DNA of 38,831 nt, taken from positions 1-38,831 of the forward strand of contig JABJGX010000090.1 of assembly GCA_018662075.1 (NCBI GenBank), in the 5' to 3' direction. Below are positions 18,791-29,332 of this stretch, one piece after another. The position numbers and the translations under genes were made by a program. The notes below the pieces were generated by a model. That model was not told the DNA's origin. It did no database searches and was given only the letters and a program-made list of their open reading frames with translations. Source of the DNA: Candidatus Peregrinibacteria bacterium (lineage in GTDB: Bacteria > Patescibacteriota > Gracilibacteria > Peribacterales > Peribacteraceae). The number at the start of each line of letters is the position of its first letter. The first letter of the stretch is position 1.

Positions 18791-20548
18791 ATGGACCCAA
18801 CTATTGAAATAAAGGCGAAGCTTCCGATCGAAGAACTGGTAGGACAATATTGCCAGATCAAAAAGAAAGGACGACAGTTTGTCTGTGTTTGTCCGTTTCA
18901 CCAAGACACACATCCAAGTATGCAAGTTTCTCCTGACAAAGGAATTGCATATTGCTTTGCCTGTAATAGTGGAGGAGACATTTTTAGTTTCTATCAAAAG
19001 ATAGAAGGTGTTGATTTCAAGCAAGCCCTCAAAGATCTTGGTGAAAAGACAGGAGTAAAGGTTGAGGGTCTGAAAGTAGATTCTCCAGTTCAAAAAGACC
19101 ACAAAGAGCGTATTCGAGATTGCTTAGTAGCTGCCCAGAAGTTCTACGCCCAGCAGCTTACAAAAGACGAGAAAACAAAGCTCTATCTGACATCACGTGG
19201 CATACCGGATGAACAGGTAAAGGAGTTTGGCATAGGCGTTGCACCAGATTCTTTTAGCGATACATATCAGTATTTACTAAAAGCCGGCTTTAGTAGAAAG
19301 GAAATTGTCGATGCAAGCCTTGGAATCCAAAAAGACTTAGAGGAAGGAAAGATTTACGATCGCTTCCGCAACAGGCTCATGTTTCCGATCCTTGATGGTA
19401 ATGGAAAAATAGTAGGCTTTGGTGGGCGCACTCTTGGCGACGACGATGCAAAATATATAAATTCAGGTGAGACTCCTTTGTATAATAAGTCTGTAACACT
19501 CTATGGCCTTAGTCACGCAAAAGAGCATATACGTGACCAGAAGAGTGTTGTTCTAGTCGAAGGATACTTCGATGTCCTCGCTTGTCATCGCATCGGTATT
19601 AAAAATACTATCGCAGTATCAGGTACCGCACTGACAGAACAGCACGTGAAAATATTAAAGCGCTACTCAGACAAAGTTGTATTATGTCTGGACCAAGACA
19701 GGGCAGGGCAACAGGCCGCTGAGAGGTCTTATCTTTTGTGTACCGAGGAAGAAATATCAGTGCACACAGTGACACTAGAACAGAAAGACCCAGATGAGGC
19801 TGCCGTGGCAGACCCAGATGGTCTCAAGAGAATACTGACTGATGAGACAGTTCCCTACTTGCGTATGGTGATAGACCGCTTAGCAGAAGGTGACACAGTG
19901 TCGTCCGAAGGAAAGCGTGCAGCTCTTCAGATCCTTCTTCCTCTTATAAGTGTTATTCAGTCTTCTGTCGAAAAAGAACATTTCATGCAAAAGGCTGCAG
20001 CACTTCTTTCGACAACAGAAGTATCACTCAAAGAAGATATAGAAAGGCTAGAACAATCTATTCCACAAATTCCTACATACGATACAGGGCCAACTGCAGA
20101 TGCAGTGCCGGACCGTAGTGCATTTAGCACGGCAGAGATTGCCTTGGGGCTCTTCGTATTATTCCCAATACATAAAACACTACTTCCAGAACTTATCGAA
20201 CCTGAAGACCTGTACATCGCGTCATTGTACAGTGCTATTAAAGAGTCACCGACAGTAGAAATCTTAACCCTTGAAATGTTAGACCTTGCTCCGGAGTATC
20301 ATGAACGGGCATCTATTCTTATGCTGTTTTGTGAACATCATGGATTTTCCGAGTGGAGTGCGACTATGGCAGGACAGGAAATTCGAAAAAACTGCCTGAA
20401 TGCTAATAAAGAGTACTTACGAAATAAACAGATAGATATAGCCAAAAAGCTTCAGGTTGCTCGTTCTGAGGGTAATTCCACTGAAGAATCCAAGCTTTCA
20501 CAGCAATACACGCAAGTGCTCAAGCTTGCGAACATGGCATCGAAGTAA
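18791..20548 (+). CDS. dnaG: DNA primase
   Basis: CPFHQD...YCFAC zinc finger, [43 protein letters not shown]. Confidence 0.98.
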   Translation: MDPTIEIKAKLPIEELVGQYCQIKKKGRQFVCVCPFHQDTHPSMQVSPDKGIAYCFACNSGGDIFSFYQKIEGVDFKQALKDLGEKTGVKVEGLKVDSPVQKDHKERIRDCLVAAQKFYAQQLTKDEKTKLYLTSRGIPDEQVKEFGIGVAPDSFSDTYQYLLKAGFSRKEIVDASLGIQKDLEEGKIYDRFRNRLMFPILDGNGKIVGFGGRTLGDDDAKYINSGETPLYNKSVTLYGLSHAKEHIRDQKSVVLVEGYFDVLACHRIGIKNTIAVSGTALTEQHVKILKRYSDKVVLCLDQDRAGQQAAERSYLLCTEEEISVHTVTLEQKDPDEAAVADPDGLKRILTDETVPYLRMVIDRLAEGDTVSSEGKRAALQILLPLISVIQSSVEKEHFMQKAAALLSTTEVSLKEDIERLEQSIPQIPTYDTGPTADAVPDRSAFSTAEIALGLFVLFPIHKTLLPELIEPEDLYIASLYSAIKESPTVEILTLEMLDLAPEYHERASILMLFCEHHGFSEWSATMAGQEIRKNCLNANKEYLRNKQIDIAKKLQVARSEGNSTEESKLSQQYTQVLKLANMASK

Positions 20549-20615
20549 TGATAAATATGATTTTAAGGCAAGATTCCCTTGGAAATGGCGCCTTTTTCAC
20601 TATACTGCTCCCGAT

Positions 20616-22160
20616 ATGGCTTCACACCCAAGAAAATTCATCGCGCAACCAACAGAAGACGATTTGAAGAATTTGCCAGATGAAGTAAAACATTTGATCA
20701 AGAAAGGCCGAGAACAGCGTTATGTAACGCATCAAGAAATTATGTCCGTCGTGCCAATGGCAGAGGCGAATGTAGATTTACTTGATGATGTGTACTCTAT
20801 GCTTGTCGACCTTGGTATTCAGGTTATCGACGTAAAAGACGCTCTTATCTGGCAGAAGAAGCAAAAAGGAGGGCTGCAGATTCCAGAACCAACAGAGGAC
20901 TTAGGAGATATCTCTTCTACGGATGACGATGATGACGATATCGATTCTGATGATGAAGAGGAAGCGAGCACTGTTAGCAGCATGAAGTCAGATAAGGACG
21001 ACATGATGGACGTTGTTGCAACGGCTGGTATTGCCATTGATAAAACGAAGGAACAAACAGACGAAGAGCGTGGACGTCGTAAAAGAGAGCGCGAAGTGGA
21101 CTTGCTAGAGATTAGTAACGACTCAGTTCGTATGTATTTGAGCGAGATTGGACGTGTTCCATTGATCGATGCGAAGAAAGAAGTAGAACTTGCTCGTCGC
21201 ATCCGCAAAGGAGACGCATCAGCAAAGCAACAACTTGCAGAGGCAAACCTTCGATTGGTTGTTTCTATTGCAAAGAAGTACATTGGACGTGGTCTTTCAT
21301 TCCTCGATCTTATTCAAGAAGGAAACATTGGACTCTTCCGTGCTGTTGAAAAGTTCGATCCTGAACGTGGATTCAAATTCTCTACATATGCAACATGGTG
21401 GATCCGTCAGGCGATCACACGCGCCATTGCAGACCAAGCTCGTACAATTCGTATTCCTGTGCACATGGTGGAAACAATCAACAAGCTGACACACACTCAG
21501 CGTCGTTTAGTACAGGAGCTTGGACGTGAGCCAACAGTTGAAGAGCTAGCGGTAGAAATGGAGATGGATATCAAGAAAGTGCGACACATTCAGAAAATTT
21601 CACAGGATATCATCTCACTGGAGTCTCCAGTGGGATCTGAGGAAGACAGTAAGCTTGGTGACTTTATCGAGGATGAAGAGGCTGTAAACCCATTCGAGGC
21701 AACAAACAGGCAACTTAGAAAAGAAAATGTCCACTCTATGCTCGAATTCTTAACCCCTCGTGAGCGAAAGATTATCGAAATGCGATTTGGACTGGGTGAC
21801 GGTATCGGACACACTCTTGAAGAAGTTGGAAAAGAGTTTGGTGTTACTCGTGAGCGTATTCGACAGATCGAAGCGAAGGTTCTCCAGAAAATGCGAGATC
21901 ACCCACGTTCTATGACTATCCGTGAACATGGTGGAGCGCCAAAGCGTATTGGATTCTCTAACTCTACAAAGTATAACTCTGAAGAGTCTGCACAGTCTGG
22001 TGCATCATATGTCGACTTCATGCGAATGCTTGAGGAGGATATGAAGCGTAACGGAGATCCTTGTAAGAAATGTGGAAAGGGAACACTTGTACCACTCTCA
22101 AAAGAAGGTAAGAAGATCAACAAGTGTGACAGTTGCGCAGACGAAACAGACGTACTATAA
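20616..22160 (+). CDS. rpoD: Primary RNA polymerase sigma factor RpoD with C-terminal zinc-ribbon-like extension
   Basis: Region 1.1-like N-terminus, [73 protein letters not shown]; follows dnaG; start likely ATG 20616. Confidence 0.97.
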   Translation: MASHPRKFIAQPTEDDLKNLPDEVKHLIKKGREQRYVTHQEIMSVVPMAEANVDLLDDVYSMLVDLGIQVIDVKDALIWQKKQKGGLQIPEPTEDLGDISSTDDDDDDIDSDDEEEASTVSSMKSDKDDMMDVVATAGIAIDKTKEQTDEERGRRKREREVDLLEISNDSVRMYLSEIGRVPLIDAKKEVELARRIRKGDASAKQQLAEANLRLVVSIAKKYIGRGLSFLDLIQEGNIGLFRAVEKFDPERGFKFSTYATWWIRQAITRAIADQARTIRIPVHMVETINKLTHTQRRLVQELGREPTVEELAVEMEMDIKKVRHIQKISQDIISLESPVGSEEDSKLGDFIEDEEAVNPFEATNRQLRKENVHSMLEFLTPRERKIIEMRFGLGDGIGHTLEEVGKEFGVTRERIRQIEAKVLQKMRDHPRSMTIREHGGAPKRIGFSNSTKYNSEESAQSGASYVDFMRMLEEDMKRNGDPCKKCGKGTLVPLSKEGKKINKCDSCADETDVL

Positions 22161-22190
22161 AAAAACACCCTCAGGAGAGGATGCTTTTTT
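22159..22190. terminator. Probable bidirectional intrinsic terminator between rpoD and DUF378 gene
   Basis: A-run, CACCCTC-AGGA-GAGGATG imperfect stem-loop, then T-run. Confidence 0.65.
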
Positions 22191-22204
22191 ACTATGTGCG
22201 AATA

Positions 22205-22411
22205 TTATTTACTGCACTTTGCGCCTCCTACAAGCTTTTTAACTCCTGCAAGACCGACAAGTACGTATACAACATCTTCTGCGTATGGAACGCTTCCGAG
22301 TAGCATGTGGACTACGTTAAGATCAGAACCAATAAGGTTTCCAAGGCCTACAAGACCCCAGTTAATAGCTCCGATAAGAATAAGGTAACCACAGATTTTA
22401 CAACAGTTCAT
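22205..22411 (-). CDS. DUF378 family small membrane protein
   Basis: LILIGAINWGLVGL...VVYVLVGLAG signature. Confidence 0.9.
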   Translation of the reverse strand: MNCCKICGYLILIGAINWGLVGLGNLIGSDLNVVHMLLGSVPYAEDVVYVLVGLAGVKKLVGGAKCSK

Positions 22412-22572
22412 GAGATGGTGGGAAAAGAATTAGATGCCAAATGGCAGATTTAATTAAGACTATAGCAGCATCTGTTACAGATGTACTCTTGCAGCAATCA
22501 AATATCATTGTAAGGTTAGTTTTTGAGAGATCGGTTGATGTGCAAAGTATCGAGTTCTGCTAGCATGCAAAC

Positions 22573-25569
22573 ATGACCAAAATAAAGACGGCTCAGTCGG
22601 GACCTGCAACAAAAAATGCATTGCGAAAGCTTGTCACAAAAAATGACGAACACTTTGCAAAGGCATATGCAATACTCAATGAGCAACAGAAAATTGCTGT
22701 AGATACAACGGATGGGCCTGTCATGGTGGTCGCCGGACCGGGGACAGGAAAGACACAGGTTTTAGCGCTTCGTACTGCCAATATATTACGGAGCACTCAG
22801 ATGAAACCGGGGAATATTCTCTGTCTTACATTTAGCAAAAGCGGGGCGACTGCAATGAGAAATCGCTTGCGAGAGATCATCGGGCCCGATGCATATGGGG
22901 TAACAGTAAATACCATTCATGGCTTTTGTAATGACATTATCGTGTCCAACCCAACTGTTTTTGAGCAGTGGTCATCCATGGAACAAATTAGTGATGTAGA
23001 GCGCTTTAGAAGCTTGAACAAAATAATTGATCAACTACTTCCGGGGCTGGCTATTGTAAACGCAAAGTCACCATATATGAGAACGAAAGACATACTTGGT
23101 CGAATGTCTGAAATAAAGCGTGAGGGGGTGTCAGATCCAGCAGATCTGTATCGCATTGCAGATGAATATGCAGAGATCATGGCACATAAAAGTAAAGAGG
23201 GGACGAAGGTGCATAAAAGAAACCTTCTTGCTGCAGTAAAGTTCCGTGAACTCATCGATATTTATTGTAAGTATCAAGAAATGCTAAAGGCTACAGGACG
23301 ATATGACTATGAAGATATGATCTTAAACGTTATCAAGGCGTTAAAAGAAGAGGATTGGCTTCTAGCATCGTTGCAGGAAAGGTACCAGTACATACTTGTC
23401 GATGAATTTCAGGATACCAATGGATCTCAGTACGAACTCATAGAACTTCTTAGTACAGACCCAACGGCAGACAGTAAGCCAAATATTTTTGTAGTAGGGG
23501 ATGACGATCAGGCAATATATCGCTTTCAAGGTGCGAATCTTAAAAATATTCTCTCATTCAGAGAACGGTTTGCCAAAGCTCCAGTTATTACACTGACACA
23601 GAGCTACAGGTGTACTCAGCCAATACTGGATGCTGCAGAAAACTTGATATCACAAAACACAGAACGCCTTGTGGGAAAGATAGAAGGCATGGATAAGCAC
23701 TTAGTTGCAGCAGCTCAGGAAGGAGGAACCCCGCCAGTACTCCTGGTAAGCGCAAGTGATATGAGTGAGCCATGGATGATTGCAGATCTAGTCGAAGAGC
23801 GAACCCGAGAGAGGGTAGATCCATCAGAGATTGCAGTACTGGTACAAACCAACAGAGAACTTTTAACATTGTACGATGTCTTTAAGGCACGCAGTATCCC
23901 ATCCGTTCTATCTGGAAAGCTAGACTTACTGTCACATCCTCTTGTCAGTCAGGCGATTGCAATACTTCAAGCAATAGACACGCCAAAGGATAATATGGTT
24001 GCAAATGCACTATCGTGTGAATGTTTTGGCTGTCATCCCGCAGATCTTGCAGAAGTATTTGCAAAGGCACGTGAAGAAAAGGCGAGCATTGTCAATATTC
24101 TTCTAGGATTTGATAAGGAGGACAGTACTATTTCCCTGAGAAATCCAGAGAGAATCCTCTCAGCACGAGACTGCTTCTTGCAGCTGCAGCTTAATGCAGA
24201 GCGTCGAACAGTTATCGAAACACTTGAGCATTTATATAGGGATACTGGTCTTCTAGAAAACATGGAAAAAGGACACATGGACATCGTGGACTTCGCAGCA
24301 GCAACAGAGTTCTTTGACCGCGTAAAACAACGTGCATATGAACAGCCTCAGTTTGGTTTCAAAGAATTCCTCAATGACATAGAATATTATACAAACCCAG
24401 ATTACGGCAGTCTTCGACTAACGTATGATCTTCCACACCTTACAGAGTCTGGAGTACAGCTTATGACTGCTCATAAGAGTAAAGGGCTAGAGTTCCACAC
24501 AGTGATCATTTCCAACTTCAGAGAGGGGCACTGGGACAAAAGAAGAAATCCGCCATCGGTCGCAGTACCAGAAGACTTGATGTTTGGGTGGGAGAAAGAC
24601 CAAAAGAGTTATGAAAAAAATCAAGATGAACGAAGGGTTGCATTTGTGGCTATGACTAGGGCTAAACGAGAATTAATATTTACATGCCCACACGAACTTA
24701 CTTCAGGGGATAGTACAAAAACAGTCGCACCTTCGGGCTTCTTTGCAGAGTCGGGTGACCTTCCAGAAGAGCACAGAGAAGTAGAGCATCCAGAGCAAAT
24801 GTCGACCCTGCTACAAGTACCACCAAGAGAGTTCGATGCAGAATTCGAAACATTCCTTCGGCGTCGCATAGAACATTTCTCCTTGTCGCCCACGTCGCTC
24901 AATCATTTTTTGGAAGATCCTCTCATGTTCTTGGAATTAGACTTGTTACAACGTCCCCAGGCAAAGCAGCCACACTTCGCTTATGGAAATGCTATTCACC
25001 ACGTGATGGCAAAATGGGCAGATGGTGTGTCATCTGGCAGTCCGCTTTCTATGAAAGAAGGAGTGGACCTCTTCACCGAGCATCTTAATCAAAAAGAACT
25101 ATTGACCAATAATGAACGTGATCGTCTCACACATTTGGGCATCAATACATTGACTCGGTATTTTGAAACATCACTCATACCACCATATCCAGTCATTCAC
25201 AAAGTGGAGTTCGGTATTAATGCACGTATCGGAGACATCCCAATTAAAGGAAAAATCGACCGTATAGATTTAATGGAACCAAACTCGACATCTGCGATTA
25301 TCATTGACTTTAAAACCGGAAAGCCAAAGACAGAAAAACAGATTGTTGACTACGGGTACTTTCGCCAGCTTGTATTTTACGGAGTACTTATTGAAGCAGG
25401 ATACGGAATGCTTCAACCCAAGGAATACATCTTAGACTTTGTGGGAGAGTCAGAGCTTGACCCCATTCAGCGTCGATTCACGGTATCAGAACAGGATAAA
25501 ATAGAGCTAAAACAGGTGATAGAAGCAGTCTGGACAAAGATACTTGCACTGGATTTCACACCAGTCTAA
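22573..25569 (+). CDS. UvrD/PcrA-family SF1A helicase fused to C-terminal PD-(D/E)XK nuclease
   Basis: LNEQQ, AGPGTGKT, LVDEFQD, VGDDDQAIYRFQGA, SYRC, TAHKSKGLEF, ERRVAFVAMTRAK; C-terminal LSPTSL...KGKIDRID...IDFKTG...QLVFY. Confidence 0.95.
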   Translation: MTKIKTAQSGPATKNALRKLVTKNDEHFAKAYAILNEQQKIAVDTTDGPVMVVAGPGTGKTQVLALRTANILRSTQMKPGNILCLTFSKSGATAMRNRLREIIGPDAYGVTVNTIHGFCNDIIVSNPTVFEQWSSMEQISDVERFRSLNKIIDQLLPGLAIVNAKSPYMRTKDILGRMSEIKREGVSDPADLYRIADEYAEIMAHKSKEGTKVHKRNLLAAVKFRELIDIYCKYQEMLKATGRYDYEDMILNVIKALKEEDWLLASLQERYQYILVDEFQDTNGSQYELIELLSTDPTADSKPNIFVVGDDDQAIYRFQGANLKNILSFRERFAKAPVITLTQSYRCTQPILDAAENLISQNTERLVGKIEGMDKHLVAAAQEGGTPPVLLVSASDMSEPWMIADLVEERTRERVDPSEIAVLVQTNRELLTLYDVFKARSIPSVLSGKLDLLSHPLVSQAIAILQAIDTPKDNMVANALSCECFGCHPADLAEVFAKAREEKASIVNILLGFDKEDSTISLRNPERILSARDCFLQLQLNAERRTVIETLEHLYRDTGLLENMEKGHMDIVDFAAATEFFDRVKQRAYEQPQFGFKEFLNDIEYYTNPDYGSLRLTYDLPHLTESGVQLMTAHKSKGLEFHTVIISNFREGHWDKRRNPPSVAVPEDLMFGWEKDQKSYEKNQDERRVAFVAMTRAKRELIFTCPHELTSGDSTKTVAPSGFFAESGDLPEEHREVEHPEQMSTLLQVPPREFDAEFETFLRRRIEHFSLSPTSLNHFLEDPLMFLELDLLQRPQAKQPHFAYGNAIHHVMAKWADGVSSGSPLSMKEGVDLFTEHLNQKELLTNNERDRLTHLGINTLTRYFETSLIPPYPVIHKVEFGINARIGDIPIKGKIDRIDLMEPNSTSAIIIDFKTGKPKTEKQIVDYGYFRQLVFYGVLIEAGYGMLQPKEYILDFVGESELDPIQRRFTVSEQDKIELKQVIEAVWTKILALDFTPV

Positions 25570-25586
25570 ATTGGCTATAGTTAGCC

Positions 25587-26426
25587 ATGATAAATAAGAT
25601 CGGATCCAACCACAGGCTCGATTATCATCAAATATCCTTACACGAAGATTTTCGAACAAGTTCCCAAATGCTTGTTGATATAAGACAAGAGACAGTCGAA
25701 AGAATGAGGGTTGATAGTAACCTCGAGGAGCCAGAACGAACAAGGATTGCAGGGCGTGCTGAAGAGCTTATTCAAAGCTTGGAAGAGATTGCTCTTGAGG
25801 CAGCAGAATCTATTCATCTTATGTCCACGCCTGAGGGCGAAGTAGATGCATTGCAATCGACTGATTATCTTCAGCAGGAGCTAGTACGGACAGGTATATT
25901 AATAAGGCTCAAGGAATGGAAGAGTAGGCACGATTTACATGCTAAGCATATTAGTAGAGAGTCTGGTGGCAAAGTCGACACAGGATCAAGTGAAAAAAGT
26001 GTATATGAAATAATTGTCCGAAACCTTCGAGAGGACTTAAGTGGTTTATCAGAGGAGAGTGAATGCTTTCGTGCTCTTCTGATTATTAAGGAGATTCAGA
26101 ATCGAAGAGGTGTAATGAGTCTGACTTTTTTAGCTACACCCGTAAGCTCCATACGAAACCTGACAGCAACTGTTGTATCTAGTGCAATCTTCTTCGGTGT
26201 CACGACAGGGGTTACACTGGGAGTTGCCTCAACGGGTATTCAGTATGCATCAAACGGCATAGATAAATGGACTATGTCACAAAAGCTGTCAGTTCCAGAG
26301 AAAAATGCACTAGATACTATATATGCATATGAAAAAAAGGACAGAGGCATGCTCATACTCCTTATGGCAAAGGCAGGTGTAAGCGGAAATATCGAAGATT
26401 TATTATCAGCTAGAGCAAGTGCATAA
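25587..26426 (+). CDS. Hypothetical protein (helical, one hydrophobic segment)
   Basis: 279 aa ORF filling the gap, TATAGT 5 nt before ATG; no recognised motif. Confidence 0.7.
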   Translation: MINKIGSNHRLDYHQISLHEDFRTSSQMLVDIRQETVERMRVDSNLEEPERTRIAGRAEELIQSLEEIALEAAESIHLMSTPEGEVDALQSTDYLQQELVRTGILIRLKEWKSRHDLHAKHISRESGGKVDTGSSEKSVYEIIVRNLREDLSGLSEESECFRALLIIKEIQNRRGVMSLTFLATPVSSIRNLTATVVSSAIFFGVTTGVTLGVASTGIQYASNGIDKWTMSQKLSVPEKNALDTIYAYEKKDRGMLILLMAKAGVSGNIEDLLSARASA

Positions 26427-27006
26427 GATAATCTCGCAACTGTTGTACAGCCCTTCCTCTGTGGGAGAATTCATTCTTTTCATCGATACTCATGGCACTG
26501 TATACCTTATCGAAGCCTTCTGGGATAAAGCATGCAGAAATAGGGAGACCTGGTAGGTAGTCTGCCTCAAGCTCTGGGGTAATGGTGCCTTCGCATGTGC
26601 CTTCAAAGATATGATGATCTCCACTAGGATCTATATAGGCAAGGTTACACACAAATCGAGCCTTCTTGTTTTGCTCTGCCTGCATGCGTTCTAAGAAGTA
26701 TGATATCCATTCTTCATCCGAAGCCTGGGCACCTGCGCCCCAGCGCCTAGTGTAGACGCCAAGCTCGTTTTGTATGGCTTCAACAATGATACCAGAGTCA
26801 TCTGCTATTGTGGGAATTGATCCTCCATGCTCGAAGAAGTGCTTCGCTTTGAGCAGTGCGTTCTCTGCATAGGTTGTACCGGTTTCTTCAGGCTCTATTG
26901 TTATTTGTAAGTCTGCAGGAGAAAGAAGCTCTAGGTCAAGGTCTCCAAGTACTTCAGATATTTCTATATGTTTTCCCGGATTATTGGTGCCAACGAGAAC
27001 TTTCAT
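26410..27006 (-). CDS. rdgB: Non-canonical purine NTP pyrophosphatase (RdgB/HAM1)
   Basis: GTNNPGK, EETGTTYAENALLKA, ADDSG, EKNEFSHRGRA. Confidence 0.95.
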   Translation of the reverse strand: MKVLVGTNNPGKHIEISEVLGDLDLELLSPADLQITIEPEETGTTYAENALLKAKHFFEHGGSIPTIADDSGIIVEAIQNELGVYTRRWGAGAQASDEEWISYFLERMQAEQNKKARFVCNLAYIDPSGDHHIFEGTCEGTITPELEADYLPGLPISACFIPEGFDKVYSAMSIDEKNEFSHRGRAVQQLRDYLMHLL

Positions 27007-29219
27007 TATTGCGCGATTTTATCAATATAGACTTCGCGTGCTTTGGCTCCATTACTTGGTCCAATCAAGTTTTTCTCTTCCATGATATCAAGAAGCCGAG
27101 CAGCTCGTGCGTAACCAACTTTAAGATGCCTCTGTAGCAAGCTTGCAGAAGCTTTGTTCGTCTCTTGTATAACTCGTACAGCGTCAAAGAAGAGGTCGTC
27201 TCCACCATTGTCATCAGCATCAAGATCGATGTAACTTCCGTTACTTTCCTCGGTGCCATCTTCATTTTCTCCGATATCAATCTGTTCAGTTACTTTTCCA
27301 CCACCTGCAATCTTCAGAGAATTAATCACACGTTCAACTTCCTTTCCAGATGTAAGAATTCCCTGCATACGCCTAGGATTTGAGGTATCGGCATTCATGA
27401 AGAGCATATCTCCTCGTCCGAGAAGATCTTCAGACCCAATAGAATCGAGGATCGTACGAGAATCCACAGCAGATACCGTTCTAAATGCAATACGTGTCGG
27501 GATGTTCGCTTTAATAAGACCGGTAATAACATCCACACTCGGACGTTGCGTTGCAATGATCAAATGCATACCAGTAGCTCTAGCCATCTGCGCAATACGC
27601 GCGACCATTGTCTCTGTGTCACGTCTGTACTGGCGCATCATAAGGTCTGCAAGTTCATCGATAACAATGACAATACGTGGAAGAACACCTTCTTCTTCCA
27701 TTTGTTTCTCATTAAACTCATCGAGGTTTCGTACCTTTGCCTCGGAGAAGCGATGAAGTCGTCGTCCCATCTCTGCAACAGCCCAACGCAAAGCCTGTAG
27801 TGCTCTTTCTGCTTCGGTGATAACAGGGGTAAGCAGGTGAGGAATACCGTCGTATGGCATAAGCTCAACACGCTTTGGGTCGATGAGAATCAGCTTTAGT
27901 TCGTGCGGTGCATTTTGATAGAGTAGTGAAATAAGGAACGAGTTCATACAGACAGACTTACCAGCACCTGTTGCTCCTGCAATGAGGAGGTGAGGCATCT
28001 CATCAAGAGCCACCACCACTGCTTGGCCAGAAACGTCTCTTCCGAGTGGGAGTGTCAGTGGTGAAGTACTTTCGGTAAATTCTGGACTCTCAAGCATTTC
28101 TCGCAAGTGCACAGTGGTCCGTTCACTGTTTGGCATTTCGATTCCAACAAGAGCTTTTCCAGGAATAGGTGCCTCAATACGAAGGCTAGGAGCTGAAAGA
28201 GCCAGGGTAAGGTCGTCTTTCAGTGCGGCAATCTTACTCAGTTTCACTCCTTCAGATGGCTTCAGGGTAAACTGTGTCACAGTTGGTCCTGGGTGAGCAT
28301 CGCGCATTGTGACTCTAATATCGAACTCTTCCAACTTTTCCTCAATAAGCTTTGCCTGCATCTTTAGTTCTTCATCATTTACTTTAAGCTCACTCTGGGA
28401 GGTATCAAGTAGGTCATATCCTGGGAATGTCCATTCTTCGAAACGCGTATCTTTCATTTGCAGTACATCTTCAATAGTTTTTCCAATAACTTTTTTTGTT
28501 CTAGCCTTTATACTGCTTTGTGCAAAAACAGGTCGAACAATGTTTAATTCTGGAGCTTCACCATCTTCTTCGACAAGATCGTCATCTTCCTCATCCTCCT
28601 CTTCCTCATCCTCCTCTTCCTCATCTTCGTATTCATATTCCTCTTTGGGAGCCTTGCGTCGCTTTTTTTTCTGTGGAGGGAAAAGGAAAGATTTTAGTGA
28701 TTCAACGATTCCACCAAAGTCTGGCTCGAAAGAGATAAATAGCCCACTCACAAACAGTGCACCCAGAACAGTGTATCCCACAGACCGACTCGCAAATACA
28801 AGGAACGGTAAACTCATCATAAAGCCGATAGCCCCTGCAAGTTCATCACGCTGACTTGCAATGTCTTCAAGTGGGGCACCGATATGCACTATACCAAGAA
28901 AAGAAAGAAGGCAGAGGACAAGTCCAACAGACCTTTTCATTTCAAAGGCAGTCTCACGGGTGAACCAGTGAAGGAGTCCAGAGCCTATAAGGAATGATGG
29001 AAATATCATGCTCCATGAGCCAAAGAAGAATGCCATTGCTGTATTCATGCTCTGGCCAATCATTCCTGCATCCTGCTTCAAGACGAGGAGTAGCAAGATA
29101 CCGGCAGCCATTTGGGCTGTCCCAGAGATGAGCCGCTCAGTTTCTGGTGCAAGGTGTAGGGAGCTCTTCTTTGCTCTCTTACGCCTACGCCGTGTTCTGC
29201 GTCTTCTTCTTTTAACCAT
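27006..29219 (-). CDS. ftsK: DNA translocase FtsK/SpoIIIE
   Basis: N-terminal TM helices, RIEAPIPGK, PHLLIAGATGAGKS, IDPKRVEL, IDELADLMM, ATQRPSVDVITG, gamma domain ASASLLQRHLKVGYARAARL. Confidence 0.97.
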   Translation of the reverse strand: MVKRRRRRTRRRRKRAKKSSLHLAPETERLISGTAQMAAGILLLLVLKQDAGMIGQSMNTAMAFFFGSWSMIFPSFLIGSGLLHWFTRETAFEMKRSVGLVLCLLSFLGIVHIGAPLEDIASQRDELAGAIGFMMSLPFLVFASRSVGYTVLGALFVSGLFISFEPDFGGIVESLKSFLFPPQKKKRRKAPKEEYEYEDEEEEDEEEEDEEDDDLVEEDGEAPELNIVRPVFAQSSIKARTKKVIGKTIEDVLQMKDTRFEEWTFPGYDLLDTSQSELKVNDEELKMQAKLIEEKLEEFDIRVTMRDAHPGPTVTQFTLKPSEGVKLSKIAALKDDLTLALSAPSLRIEAPIPGKALVGIEMPNSERTTVHLREMLESPEFTESTSPLTLPLGRDVSGQAVVVALDEMPHLLIAGATGAGKSVCMNSFLISLLYQNAPHELKLILIDPKRVELMPYDGIPHLLTPVITEAERALQALRWAVAEMGRRLHRFSEAKVRNLDEFNEKQMEEEGVLPRIVIVIDELADLMMRQYRRDTETMVARIAQMARATGMHLIIATQRPSVDVITGLIKANIPTRIAFRTVSAVDSRTILDSIGSEDLLGRGDMLFMNADTSNPRRMQGILTSGKEVERVINSLKIAGGGKVTEQIDIGENEDGTEESNGSYIDLDADDNGGDDLFFDAVRVIQETNKASASLLQRHLKVGYARAARLLDIMEEKNLIGPSNGAKAREVYIDKIAQ

Positions 29220-29332
29220 ATATTAAGAGTATACCAGATACTTGAGTAATTGGAATGTCAGAGTTTCCCTCTAGGTGTAGCTAATACCATCTTTTCATTA
29301 AGGTAAAACTGTACTTCTGATATACTGCACAC

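Noticed and set aside
20457-20615. 53 aa N-terminal extension of RpoD in the ORF track
   Set aside because: Overlaps the dnaG 3' end; ATG 20616 follows a TATACT box and precedes region 1.1. Similar over-extensions were trimmed for der, the peptidase, rsmF-like, the DEAD-box helicase and YceI
14428-21863. CGA/CGG reassignment as in Absconditabacterales
   Set aside because: CGG encodes the conserved Arg in LeuRS SRQRYWG, and CGA encodes conserved Arg in RpoD NLRLV and RIRQIE
24880-25569. Nuclease domain as Cas4 or an anti-phage defence system
   Set aside because: Fused to a PcrA-like helicase in housekeeping context; no Fe-S cysteines, no cas or defence neighbours
28580-28630. 15-bp tandem repeat TCTTCCTCATCCTCC in ftsK
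   Set aside because: Simply encodes the acidic low-complexity linker (EDEEE repeats)
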